Positions 1 through 9,744 of a stretch of 64,000 nt of DNA are shown here, piece by piece (within the stretch, counting starts at the first letter, position 1; every line of letters begins with the position of its first letter). The translations under genes and the position numbers were made by a program. This DNA comes from an uncultured Clostridium sp. (GTDB taxonomy: Bacteria; Bacillota; Clostridia; TANB77; CAG-508). The notes below the pieces were generated by a model. That model was not told where the DNA came from. It worked only from the letters and a program-made list of their open reading frames with translations, and did not search any database. The stretch lies in assembly GCA_947064765.1 (NCBI GenBank), contig CAMSWH010000001.1, positions 73 through 64,072 on the forward strand. The letters are read 5' to 3'.

Positions 1-25
1 TTTTTACTAATTCTGCAGTTATCAT
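1..25 (-). CDS. tsf: Elongation factor Ts, N-terminal fragment (gene continues beyond the window start)
   Basis: The reverse complement of 1-40 reads AGGAGG, 5 nt, ATG ATA ACT GCA GAA TTA GTA AAA (MITAELVK), a typical EF-Ts N-terminus; it lies immediately downstream of rpsB as in the conserved rpsB-tsf operon. Confidence 0.5.
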
Positions 26-101
26 TTTGCTACCTCCTATTATTTAAAATTAGGGCGCAAATACACTATGTAATAACGCCCTTTTATTTGTTCGTTTTAA
101 A

Positions 102-884
102 TTATTCTTCAACTTTTTCTTCTTCGTTTACTACTGTTTCCATATCTGTAGCTTCTTCAGAATCTGCTATTTCTTCCATTTCAGAAGATACTGTAGAATC
201 CTCACCTTGTTTTCCTTCTATAACAGCATTAGCCATAACATCAGCTATTAATTTAACTGCTCTTATAGCATCATCATTTCCTGGTATAGCATAGTCAACA
301 TCTTCTGGATTACAGTTTGTATCAACTAAACCAACAACTGGTATTCCTAATTTTCTAGCTTCTAATATTGCTATTCTTTCTTTTTTAGGATCTACTACAA
401 ACATAACTCCTGGCATTTCTTTCATTTCTTTAATTCCACCAAGATTTTTTTCTAGTTTTTCCATTTCATTTTTTAGAATACTAACTTCTTTTTTAGGTAA
501 TACTTCAAAAGTACCATCTTCAGCCATTGTTTCTAAATCTTTTAATCTTTTAATTCTTCCTTGAATTGTTCCGAAGTTTGTAAGCATACCACCTAACCAT
601 CTTTGGTCAACATAGTACATATCACATTTTTGTGCTGCTTCTTTAATACATTCTTGTGCTTGTTTTTTTGTTCCTACAAAAAGTATTGTTTTTCCTTCTT
701 CAATTTGATCTTTAACGAATTTATAAGCTTCGTCTAATTTTTTTGATGTTTTTTGTAAATCAATTATATGGATTCCATTTCTAGCTTGGAATATATATTC
801 AGCCATTTTAGGATCCCATCTTCTTGTTTGATGTCCGAAATGAACACCTGCTTCAAGTAATTGTTTCATTGCAACTACTGCCAT
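102..884 (-). CDS. rpsB: 30S ribosomal protein S2 with an acidic C-terminal tail
   Basis: The [30 protein letters not shown]... carries the canonical S2 N-terminal and core motifs and is followed by the tsf start. Confidence 0.95.
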   Translation of the reverse strand: MAVVAMKQLLEAGVHFGHQTRRWDPKMAEYIFQARNGIHIIDLQKTSKKLDEAYKFVKDQIEEGKTILFVGTKKQAQECIKEAAQKCDMYYVDQRWLGGMLTNFGTIQGRIKRLKDLETMAEDGTFEVLPKKEVSILKNEMEKLEKNLGGIKEMKEMPGVMFVVDPKKERIAILEARKLGIPVVGLVDTNCNPEDVDYAIPGNDDAIRAVKLIADVMANAVIEGKQGEDSTVSSEMEEIADSEEATDMETVVNEEEKVEE

Positions 885-1145
885 TTTTAATTCCTCCTTA
901 TTTGTTTTACCTCCATAGATTTCAACATTTTAAACAACTATTTTTAGCACAATTTAAAACTCCATCTATGTGCATTTATTTTATAACTCTGATATTATAC
1001 CAACTTTTTCTTTAAATTGCAATACTTTTTGCAATACTTTTTTGTATTTTTTGTGTAGACTTTATTAGTAATATAAAATTAGTAAAATTAAAATATATTT
1101 ATCTTAATAAAATAAATTAACTATTAATACCTTTCTATATGTCTA

Positions 1146-2033
1146 CTATTCATATATTTCTATTTCTTGTCTAAACATATTATCATCTTTAGTTGTAAAT
1201 AAATCTAAAGAATTATCTTTTTTTAATATATCATGTATTTTCCATAATCCTAATCCTGAATTTTTCTTGTTCTTTTTAGTTGTATAATTCTTTTCAAAAA
1301 TTTTCTTTGTATCAATATTTTTATCCTTATATGTATTTTCAATTATTATTAGTTGCTTATTTCTTTTATCTTCTTTTACAAATTGAACATTTACTATTTT
1401 TTCTTCACATTCATTTGTTGCTTCTAATGCATTATCTAATAATATTCCAAGCATTCTTGAAATTACATAAGATTTTTCCTTTAGTTTCTCACAACTTATT
1501 AATACATCAATATTCATTTTAATATCATTTTTTTCTGCAATTTTATATTTATTTAATAAAACACCATAAATTGCTGGATTATCTAGCATCTTATAATTTA
1601 AAACATCTATTACATTCATATGATTACACTCTTTTAATAAAGATTTAAAATATTTTTGTAGAGAATTCATATCATCTAAAATAATATATCCATCTATTGC
1701 TTGTAATATATTATTAAAATCATGCTTAAAACATCTAGCATGATCATTAACTTCTATTAAATTTCTATTATTTTCCTCTAAAATTTCAATTCTTAATTTA
1801 TTAATTATTATTTCTCTCCTATTTAAGAAATTAAAAATATTTATAATAACAAATATCAAGCAAATTATAATATTATAAATTATATATTTAACTCCCCCTA
1901 TTAAATTTATTGCTTGAATCATTTCAATATTCGATATAATTATTCCTAATATTGAAATTAGTAAACAAACTATATCTCCAACTTTCACCATTTTTAAAAT
2001 TTCAATTTTGCCAAAATTTTCTCGTAATTTCAT
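1146..2033 (-). CDS. AgrC/ComD/VirS-type (HPK10) GHKL sensor histidine kinase with no cognate LytTR regulator nearby
   Basis: The N-terminal half is membrane-embedded. It has the H-box CFKHDFNNILQAI and a C-terminal GHKL ATPase with N-box and GLGLWKIHDIL. The start was moved to the internal MKLREN because GGAGGA lies 9 nt upstream of that ATG. Confidence 0.6.
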   Translation of the reverse strand: MKLRENFGKIEILKMVKVGDIVCLLISILGIIISNIEMIQAINLIGGVKYIIYNIIICLIFVIINIFNFLNRREIIINKLRIEILEENNRNLIEVNDHARCFKHDFNNILQAIDGYIILDDMNSLQKYFKSLLKECNHMNVIDVLNYKMLDNPAIYGVLLNKYKIAEKNDIKMNIDVLISCEKLKEKSYVISRMLGILLDNALEATNECEEKIVNVQFVKEDKRNKQLIIIENTYKDKNIDTKKIFEKNYTTKKNKKNSGLGLWKIHDILKKDNSLDLFTTKDDNMFRQEIEIYE

Positions 2034-2647
2034 CTTCTGTACTCCTCCAAATATAAATTTTATCGAAATCTTTATTATATTAGTATATGTAAATCGTTTT
2101 TTCAACATATTTTTGTATACAAATTTCGACAATCGATAATTTTAATTTTGCTTTTTTCTTTAATATTTTTCTTAATTTTCTTATAAAAAAAGCATATCTA
2201 GGATACCATAAATAAAAAACTTTGTGTCAAAAAGTGACGAAAAGTGATGAATTTTTTTACTATTTTTTTGTTAATATGTATTTTCAGTTAATTCTAAGTC
2301 GATATACATTATTTTTACAAAAGACAATTTTTCACAATTTATTATTAAGTATAATATCATATAAACATTTATCGCAATTTACTATTTTTTATTGTTATTT
2401 TTATAACAACTATATACAGTCTTAATCTTTTACACTTTTTTTTAAAACAATTTATAACATATTTTTTATCTTTTTTATCTTTTATTTAGTATTATTTATT
2501 TTCAAAATTTACAGATTACATTATTGTATTTTTTGAAAAACGCCATTATCAAATAGCGTGAACAGTCTAGCTTTTTTAAATGGCAACAATTTAGTGCAGA
2601 GAATAAAAGAACACGTAAACCTTGGTTTCCTATTTAGGAGGATAATA

Positions 2648-3145
2648 ATGAAAACAAATTTTTTTGCATTACTTTTAACTCTAGTTATGTGTATGACTTT
2701 TTCAACTACTACCTTTGCAGAAGAATCTGCAGCACCTGACATCAGCGATCCTACGGCAGAAGTTGAGAAACATACCATCGAGGTCAAAGTGCAACCCGGC
2801 GAGGAGATCACAGAAGATGACATCATGCCGCTCTTGTGGGATGAGGAAAATATCTCTTTGATGAACGGCGGTACATATGATACTATAAGGTTCTATGTTT
2901 CCGACCGGTACCTTGCATATGAAACTACTGTTACAGGACCACACGGCGAAGTAATTACAAGCGGAAAATTTGCCGTTGCACTTATGCATAATGGCGGAAT
3001 AAAGGCTTCCATGTCAGGGGATCCTGATGGCTCTACTTATAAGCAGGATTGGATTGCAATGAATCCGGCAACATATTATTTCAGAGCTTATAATAAAACT
3101 CCCGCTATTTTAAATTTCAAAATTACATATTACACTTGGAATTAA
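2648..3145 (+). CDS. Secreted hypothetical protein with a signal peptide, encoded in a GC-elevated patch
   Basis: AGGAGG lies 7 nt before the ATG. MKTNFFALLLTLVMCMTFSTTTFAEE is a Sec signal peptide with an AXA cleavage site. The coding GC is visibly higher than the flanks. Confidence 0.6.
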   Translation: MKTNFFALLLTLVMCMTFSTTTFAEESAAPDISDPTAEVEKHTIEVKVQPGEEITEDDIMPLLWDEENISLMNGGTYDTIRFYVSDRYLAYETTVTGPHGEVITSGKFAVALMHNGGIKASMSGDPDGSTYKQDWIAMNPATYYFRAYNKTPAILNFKITYYTWN

Positions 3146-3230
3146 TAAATATGTAATTTGAATATTGTAATTTGATATAGTACCAAACAAATTCTCTGTA
3201 CTAAAAAATTGGCAGAAAGGCTTTCTGAGC

Positions 3231-4271
3231 CTAACTGCCAATTTCTTTTAAACAAAAGATTATTATTTCATCATTATATCTTATATTTAACTTTAGATTT
3301 TCTATATTAGTACTATCTTCTATAAAAAAGTTTGCTATTATTTTATCATTTTTTAATTTTGAATCTTCATTAATATTATAAATTTTTCCATTAACATCTT
3401 GTAAATATATATTCTCTTTATTGATATTAATTTTTTCAATATATTTTTCTTTAAATTTTATATTAATATTTAAAATATAATTTTTATAACTTACTTCGCA
3501 ATTTTCAATAGAATCTTTACTGTCTATATAATAATTTATTTCTTCTTGATTAAAAATAATATTATTATCCGTTTTTGTATTTAAGTCCCAAATTCCAGAA
3601 ATATAACTATCTTTATCGTCGTTTATCAATTGAATTTCACTTATAATTATTTTAAAATCCTTACAATTATAGAATTCATTTTGTATTTTAGATAATTTTC
3701 CTAATACTATTGCATTTTTTTTATATAATAATTTTGTTTGTGATTGGAAAAAAACATCTTGAAACATATCCATATTAGAATAAATAACATTATTTTTATC
3801 ATCAAATATTTCAAAATCATATAATATTATCTCGTCAAATTCCTCTTCTGCAACTACATCAAAAGCAATATACATATAATAATCATCCAAATAAAAATAA
3901 TCTGCCTTAATTTTTATACCATTACTTTCTACATAATCCATATCTATATTTTGAACATATCCATTATCAACAGCATACTCAATATTTGCACCTTGACCAT
4001 AAAAAATCTTAGTTAAAATATCTTTCCATTCTCCTGCAAAAGCACAACTTGATAAAACTAAACAACAAATAAATACAGCTGCAATCTTCTGAGCAAATAT
4101 ATATGTTTTATTTCTTTTAGGAACATATTTAATAACTTCATTTTCGGAACGAGTATTTCTAGCTTCTATAATTTTTCTAATTTTCTCTTTTCCTTCTTCA
4201 CTCATCTCCATTTTGCTTCTTTTTTCTTTAATCTTTTTTATTTCTTCCTCAAAATCTTGCATTATATTCAC
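3231..4271 (-). CDS. Putative membrane-anchored anti-sigma factor
   Basis: It overlaps the upstream ECF sigma gene by 23 nt. It has a charged N-terminal region, one TM helix (IAAVFICCLVLSSCAFA) and a large extracytoplasmic domain. Confidence 0.45.
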   Translation of the reverse strand: MNIMQDFEEEIKKIKEKRSKMEMSEEGKEKIRKIIEARNTRSENEVIKYVPKRNKTYIFAQKIAAVFICCLVLSSCAFAGEWKDILTKIFYGQGANIEYAVDNGYVQNIDMDYVESNGIKIKADYFYLDDYYMYIAFDVVAEEEFDEIILYDFEIFDDKNNVIYSNMDMFQDVFFQSQTKLLYKKNAIVLGKLSKIQNEFYNCKDFKIIISEIQLINDDKDSYISGIWDLNTKTDNNIIFNQEEINYYIDSKDSIENCEVSYKNYILNINIKFKEKYIEKININKENIYLQDVNGKIYNINEDSKLKNDKIIANFFIEDSTNIENLKLNIRYNDEIIIFCLKEIGS

Positions 4272-4749
4272 CTCCAGACTTTAAAAGTTTTTCTAATTTT
4301 GCTTTAGCTCTTTTCAATCTAGTTTTAACACTAGATTCAGTTATCTTTAGTTCTTTACTTATTTCTGATATTTTCAAATCTTCAAAATAAAACATTTCGA
4401 AAACTATTCTATACTTTTCTTTCAACTTACTAATAGCTATTTCTAAATCAGTTTTAGTATCTATATCATAACAATAAAGTGCTTCATCTTTCAATGGAAC
4501 ATTATATTTTTTCCTAGCTGATTTTACTTCATTAGTACATAAATTTATAGTAACTCTAATTATCCAATTTCTTTCATATGTCGAATTATTAAACTCTCCT
4601 GTTTCTTCAACATAATTCATATATCTAACATATACTTCTTGTGCGATATCTTCAATATCATCTTTATTATTAAAATATCCAGATGCTATGCGATAAATCA
4701 TGTTAGAATATTCACTTAGTAATTTTTCTGAATCGAAATATATTTTCAT
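4249..4749 (-). CDS. ECF-type RNA polymerase sigma-70 factor
   Basis: Region-2-like IAQEVYVRYMNY and a region-4 helix-turn-helix (LKISEISKELKITESSVKTRLKRAKAKLEKLL) are present; it is 166 aa. Confidence 0.8.
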   Translation of the reverse strand: MKIYFDSEKLLSEYSNMIYRIASGYFNNKDDIEDIAQEVYVRYMNYVEETGEFNNSTYERNWIIRVTINLCTNEVKSARKKYNVPLKDEALYCYDIDTKTDLEIAISKLKEKYRIVFEMFYFEDLKISEISKELKITESSVKTRLKRAKAKLEKLLKSGGEYNARF

Positions 4750-4824
4750 ATTTTTTTCCTTTTTTAAAAATTTTTGTCACTTTTTGCCCTTCTGAATTGT
4801 TTTATTAATGGAGGAGTTTTTAAT

Positions 4825-5475
4825 ATGCATAATTTAATGATTTATAGTAATAATTTAGATTTAATATCAAAATACTGTAATAACGTATTTTCAAAATTTA
4901 ATAATTTAAAATTAATTGGAATTGTAACCTCTGAAAAAGATTTATCAAATTTAGTCGATTTTTCTAACCCTGATATAATTTTCTTGACAGAAAAAAATAA
5001 AGATACTCTCTCTTCTATCTTAAATAAGATAGAAAACAAAATAATTCTTTGTAAAAAAACTGAAAAATGTAAAAATTCAAAACATATTTTATACATTTCA
5101 GAAAGCAGTGATTTCATTTCTACACAAAAAAGTATTATAAAGTTTATATCAAATATAAATGAAAATGATTTACACCACAAAATTTATCAGATACTAGATA
5201 ACTTAAATTTTGATTTTAAATTATCTGGTACAAATTATTTAATACATGCAATTAGTTATTCTTACATACATAAAGATGATTATCTTTATGAGAATCTTGA
5301 AAAGAAAATTTATCCATATGTTGCAAAAAAATTCAATACTAGTGAGGCAAATGTAAAATGGTCTATTGTGCGTTCAATTAACAATATGAATTCTAAAAAA
5401 AGTTCTAAGTTTAAATATATAGAGAAAATCACATCTAAAGCTTTAATTTCTCATGTAGTACATAATCTCGACTAA
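4825..5475 (+). CDS. Spo0A C-terminal (DNA-binding) domain protein with a degenerate receiver-like N-terminus
   Basis: The C-terminus IYPYVAKKFNTSEANVKWSIVRSINNM aligns with the Spo0A_C signature [28 protein letters not shown]. The N-terminal alpha/beta region has no conserved Asp pocket. GGAGGAG lies 7 nt before the ATG at 4825. Confidence 0.55.
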   Translation: MHNLMIYSNNLDLISKYCNNVFSKFNNLKLIGIVTSEKDLSNLVDFSNPDIIFLTEKNKDTLSSILNKIENKIILCKKTEKCKNSKHILYISESSDFISTQKSIIKFISNINENDLHHKIYQILDNLNFDFKLSGTNYLIHAISYSYIHKDDYLYENLEKKIYPYVAKKFNTSEANVKWSIVRSINNMNSKKSSKFKYIEKITSKALISHVVHNLD

Positions 5476-5672
5476 GTAATTTTTTTCATGTTTTTTATTA
5501 TAATATTTAAAAGAATTTATACTTTAAATTGTATTCAAAATAAAACAATTTTATTGTAGTTTTATGTAAATTTTATTTGAATCACTGTATTTTGTTGACT
5601 TATAGCCGCATCCCTGTTATACTATTAATTGTAAGTATTTCATACATTTTTTATTTGGAGGTATTAAATTTA

Positions 5673-5984
5673 ATGAGAAAAGACGTTAAAAAATTTCAGG
5701 ATTTAAGCACAGCACGGAGTATAAAAGGTATTCCCATTGATGACGCTTCACGTCTATATCTTGAGGAGCTTATTCAAAAAAGCAGGATTGAAAATGTCAA
5801 CGTTGGGAGTGCATCAGGGTTCTCCAAGCCTATGATTTTTTTCCGGCAGAATTCTACCAAATTCCAGTATCTGTGTGGAGGCAAATTGGTTCCTTTCAAC
5901 AATCTGAAAGGTCGAAGCTTTATTGCATTTATGCTTAAGGACCATGAACTCTCTGTTTATGGATTCTTTGCTGGTGAATATTAA
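5673..5984 (+). CDS. Hypothetical protein (103 aa) encoded in GC-elevated sequence
   Basis: GGAGG lies before the ATG at 5673 (MRKDVKK...). The coding GC is higher than the surroundings and there are no recognisable motifs. Confidence 0.4.
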   Translation: MRKDVKKFQDLSTARSIKGIPIDDASRLYLEELIQKSRIENVNVGSASGFSKPMIFFRQNSTKFQYLCGGKLVPFNNLKGRSFIAFMLKDHELSVYGFFAGEY

Positions 5985-6247
5985 AATACCTTAGCAAAAA
6001 CTAATTAGTATTGTGGAAATGGCCATCATTCGAATTCCTACAGGAATGCGGATGATGGTCATCTTCATACTAAAAACTTAAGCATTATCACTACTCAAAA
6101 AAAATAGAACATTCATAACAATTATAAGTACTATCAGCAACCTATTTATCATATATTCTGCCCCCTATTACTGTATTTTGTTACAATTATATAAAAAACA
6201 GATAATTCACTTTATAATGACTTATCTGCCTCTATAATTATTTATAA

Positions 6248-6817
6248 TTATCTATAACTTGCTACTGTACATTTACCACTTTCATTGTTAAAAGTTGCTC
6301 CTAATCTTTGACCTGTTTTATCTACCCATGTATAACTAAGAGAATTTTTTGATATACTTGTTAATATTCCTTCACCACCAATTTTTTGTACAAATTCTTC
6401 ATAAGTGAATGAACCATTATTTAAATCTTTTTGCAAATCGCTTGATGATGGTAATGTTATATTGTCATTTTTTATGCTTTCTTTATCAATTGTTGCTTGA
6501 ATCGTAATATCATCATTTCCATAAGATTTGAAACTTATCCAATTCTTAGAATCAAACTTCCAAATTGGATCACTTCCAATCATAGCATCTGTGGTAGATT
6601 CAAAGCCTATAATAGCATTAATTTCTTCCACAGTATTTGTTGCTTCAATATGTTGCATAGCTTCTACTATATCATAATTTCCTTTCACTTCTTCCTGTTC
6701 ATTATTAGTATTTCCTACATTTGAACTATTTTTTTCTCCTAGTGCAATATATCCTAATATTCCTAATGCAATAATGAACAAAATGCAAATTGCACTAATA
6801 ACTTTCTTATTTTTCAT
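6248..6817 (-). CDS. Membrane-anchored or secreted hypothetical protein
   Basis: AGGAGG lies 7 nt before MKNKKVISAICILFIIALGILGYIAL (signal/anchor), followed by a soluble domain. Confidence 0.5.
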   Translation of the reverse strand: MKNKKVISAICILFIIALGILGYIALGEKNSSNVGNTNNEQEEVKGNYDIVEAMQHIEATNTVEEINAIIGFESTTDAMIGSDPIWKFDSKNWISFKSYGNDDITIQATIDKESIKNDNITLPSSSDLQKDLNNGSFTYEEFVQKIGGEGILTSISKNSLSYTWVDKTGQRLGATFNNESGKCTVASYR

Positions 6818-6853
6818 GTTTATTCCTCCTACCATTTTTATTTTCAATCATTT

Positions 6854-7282
6854 CTATTGTTCTTGTTTGTTTGTCTTCATTTTAGACATATACATAGATG
6901 ACAACATTAGCATTCCGAAAGTTCCAAACAAAAAGACAAAATAAACAATAGCAACAGGTGAAGTAGATTTTATTCCCTCTACATTTGCATATAGCCTATC
7001 ATTAGCAAGTAATGCTTTTACACTTTTACCTTCATAATATCCAGAAAGTCCATGAACATTTTGCAATTCATATTCTTTTCCATTATATTCTACTTTAACT
7101 TCATAAAATGTTGTTCTATTTTTTGTTTTTTTATTTACAACTTCTTTCGTGGAAGTATTAATAACAGTTGCTGTAACTTCTTCATAATTTACTTCAGTTT
7201 TATTCATTAAAAACCAAAAAACAATCGTTAAAATTAAACAAATTACAGTAAGAATCCACATAAGTGCAACTTTACTTTTCAT
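6854..7282 (-). CDS. Small membrane protein (DUF3592-like topology)
   Basis: An N-terminal TM helix, a beta-rich middle and a C-terminal TM helix. Confidence 0.4.
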   Translation of the reverse strand: MKSKVALMWILTVICLILTIVFWFLMNKTEVNYEEVTATVINTSTKEVVNKKTKNRTTFYEVKVEYNGKEYELQNVHGLSGYYEGKSVKALLANDRLYANVEGIKSTSPVAIVYFVFLFGTFGMLMLSSMYMSKMKTNKQEQ

Positions 7283-7580
7283 ACTTTTCCACCTCCATTT
7301 CCTATAAAATTATATTACTTTTATTTATATTTTTCAACATAGAATTGTAATTTGTTTATTTAAAATTATAAATTTCCTTCTGCAAGTTTGCTAAAAGTCT
7401 ACATGCATGAGCTCCATACATTTGAGTGTGATGATATTGAAATGAAATTGTAGATAATATTTCAAAAATTTTTTCTTAAAGTAAATAGGAAGTAAATAAA
7501 TTGGTATTGTGAAATTGATGATATAAAAATAACAATCAATTCATATAGTTACACAATTATAACAGTACATTTAGTTTAAC

Positions 7581-7645
7581 AAATTAGAAGTATATTTTTA
7601 GATGTAGATTCAATTATTTACATCTAAAAATATACTTCTAATTTA
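7581..7645. terminator. Long perfect hairpin (stem about 24-25 bp) between convergently ending genes
   Basis: AATTAGAAGTATATTTTTAGATGTA, a 14-nt loop, then TACATCTAAAAATATACTTCTAATT, overlapping the stop codon of the 7643-8362 gene. Confidence 0.5.
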
Positions 7646-8362
7646 TCTAATTAACTTTTTTATATACTGATCTGTATTTTTCCTAAAATAACCACAATGA
7701 CCTAACGAATCAACTTTGATAAATTCACTACTTTTATATTTTTTAATTCTAGGTAAGCAAAGTCTTGCTATATCTTCTGTTCCATATACAAATGTTATTT
7801 TTCTCTGTGAATTAATATCTAATTTAGGAGTTTCAATATTATAACAACTTTCTAATAAATTCTTTAAACTTTCTATTGTTACCATTGGTGCTACATATTG
7901 TTGGACTTCTCCCATTCCATTAAAACATTTATTTAATTCTTTGACTGCATTTTCTGGATGCTCTTTTATATTAAGCAAACATCTTTTATATCTATTATAA
8001 AAACATTTTTTTATAATATTGGGGAATTTAAAGATAGGAGCACTATCTACAATTACTTGTCCTATTTTATCTTGATTATGACAAAAATAATGAAAAGCAA
8101 TATTACCACCTAAAGAAAATCCTATAATTGCTTTTAATCTATCAATGTTATTCTCTTTTAGAAATTCATCAATATTTCTTTCTTCATCTTCCATTGACAT
8201 ATAGTTTGAATTTTTATAATGTCCACTATATGTTGGAATAATTAAATAATACTTATCACTTAGTCTATCTATTACGAAATTAAAAAAATTAGCACTTGTA
8301 AACATAGGGTGTAGCAACAGTATTTTTTCATTTTCTTTATTTCCATAGGTAACTATTTTCAA
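7643..8362 (-). CDS. Alpha/beta hydrolase (esterase/lipase-like) with a TTG start
   Basis: GFSLGG nucleophile elbow (GXSXG); 239 aa. The shared intergenic motif lies upstream. Confidence 0.65.
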   Translation of the reverse strand: MKIVTYGNKENEKILLLHPMFTSANFFNFVIDRLSDKYYLIIPTYSGHYKNSNYMSMEDEERNIDEFLKENNIDRLKAIIGFSLGGNIAFHYFCHNQDKIGQVIVDSAPIFKFPNIIKKCFYNRYKRCLLNIKEHPENAVKELNKCFNGMGEVQQYVAPMVTIESLKNLLESCYNIETPKLDINSQRKITFVYGTEDIARLCLPRIKKYKSSEFIKVDSLGHCGYFRKNTDQYIKKLIR

Positions 8363-8396
8363 ATAAATCTACTCCTCTCTAAATTGTAACTCTTAG

Positions 8397-8588
8397 TTAT
8401 ATCTTACTGAAAATTACTGTCTTTTCTTTCATTGATATTTTACCAAGTTCATACCCATATTTTTTAGCTTCTTTTTTGTAAGTTAAAAATGAATGGGCTA
8501 TATCGAATCCTAAAATATTTTTGACTTCTTCATAAGATAATTTATAATTTTCTTTTAAATACTTCCATAAAGGCTCATATTTACTCAT
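8397..8588 (-). CDS. Small hypothetical protein (63 aa)
   Basis: MSKYEPLWKYLKENYK... is preceded by TAGGAG and the shared upstream motif. Confidence 0.4.
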   Translation of the reverse strand: MSKYEPLWKYLKENYKLSYEEVKNILGFDIAHSFLTYKKEAKKYGYELGKISMKEKTVIFSKI

Positions 8589-8621
8589 TATTAAACACAC
8601 TCCTAAATTGTAATTTATATT

Positions 8622-9161
8622 TTAGTTTTGTATTTCATTAATAATATTTTCTAAACTAGAAAAATCAACAAAATTAACTTTTTGATTATAAGTATCTATC
8701 ATTGCTTTAACTTCTGCTGTTTTCTTTTCTTCTGGTAGTCCTTTTGCTTTTTTATAAAGCAGGCTCATCATTGTTTTATGAGCAAAGTTTAATTTTGAAT
8801 AATCTATTCCTCCTCTTAAATGATAAATATATGCTTTTTTATATATTTCATTTGAAAGTTGTCTTTTCATACCATTTTCTATATTATTTGTGTTTTCTAC
8901 ATCCATAGGATCTGCTAATCCAACTGTTGCAATTATTATTTTCTTACTTTCACAATTAGATATTTTTTTGAAAGTTTTAGTCATTCCTAAAACTCCTCCA
9001 GCATACAATGCTCCTATATATATAATTGTTTCATATTCATCAATATTTTTTATCTCTTCAAAACTCTCTGCTTTTATATTAATTTTTTTTGATAATTCCT
9101 CTGCATATTGTTTTGCAGTGCCATAATGAGAGCCATATATTATTATTTTCATAAGTTTCAT
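8622..9161 (-). CDS. Flavodoxin-like protein
   Basis: MKIIIYGSHYGTAKQYAEEL..., an N-terminal flavodoxin fold signature. Confidence 0.6.
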   Translation of the reverse strand: MKLMKIIIYGSHYGTAKQYAEELSKKINIKAESFEEIKNIDEYETIIYIGALYAGGVLGMTKTFKKISNCESKKIIIATVGLADPMDVENTNNIENGMKRQLSNEIYKKAYIYHLRGGIDYSKLNFAHKTMMSLLYKKAKGLPEEKKTAEVKAMIDTYNQKVNFVDFSSLENIINEIQN

Positions 9162-9252
9162 CTCACTTTCAAATTACTATCTTGTGTTTCGATTATATCA
9201 TAAAGGACAAGTAATTATCAACTTAATTACCTGTCCTATTTATTGTAATTTC

Positions 9253-9729
9253 TTACTCTAATTCTTTTTTATGATTTAAGTGTATTCCTATATGTCCTAT
9301 TCCTAATATTATTGTTGATATGATAAGAAATATATTTTTACCATATATACCTAATAATAGAAATGCAACTACTGGCAAAGTTGCTCCTGCAACTGGTATG
9401 TTTAATAAACTACTGTACATATCTTTCATTGTTTTATTGCTTTTAAAATATCTAATCCAATATATTTCATATAAAATCATTAGAATAAAAGCAATTAACA
9501 ATATAATAGTCCAATTAGATATTTTGTTTATATTAAAATCATTAAATATTAATGATATACAAGTTACTAGCATTTCTCCTATTCTTTCAAATATTAGTAA
9601 TACTTTATTTTCATTTTTTACATATTTTTCATAGTCTTTAGGTTGATTTTTATTCCATATAATATTATGTATCATTAACATTAACAAAAATATAAAACCT
9701 ATATATGAAAATCCAAAGTGAATATCCAT
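9253..9729 (-). CDS. Integral membrane protein, hypothetical
   Basis: Four to five predicted TM helices. Confidence 0.45.
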   Translation of the reverse strand: MDIHFGFSYIGFIFLLMLMIHNIIWNKNQPKDYEKYVKNENKVLLIFERIGEMLVTCISLIFNDFNINKISNWTIILLIAFILMILYEIYWIRYFKSNKTMKDMYSSLLNIPVAGATLPVVAFLLLGIYGKNIFLIISTIILGIGHIGIHLNHKKELE

Positions 9730-9744
9730 TATTTTATCTCTCTT

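Noticed and set aside
2222-2425. 67-aa plus-strand ORF in the AT-rich spacer upstream of the AgrC-like kinase (checked as possible AgrD/AgrB)
   Set aside because: It has a Phe/Tyr/Asn-rich AT-codon composition, no RBS and no AgrD-like motif, and it is far too small for AgrB.
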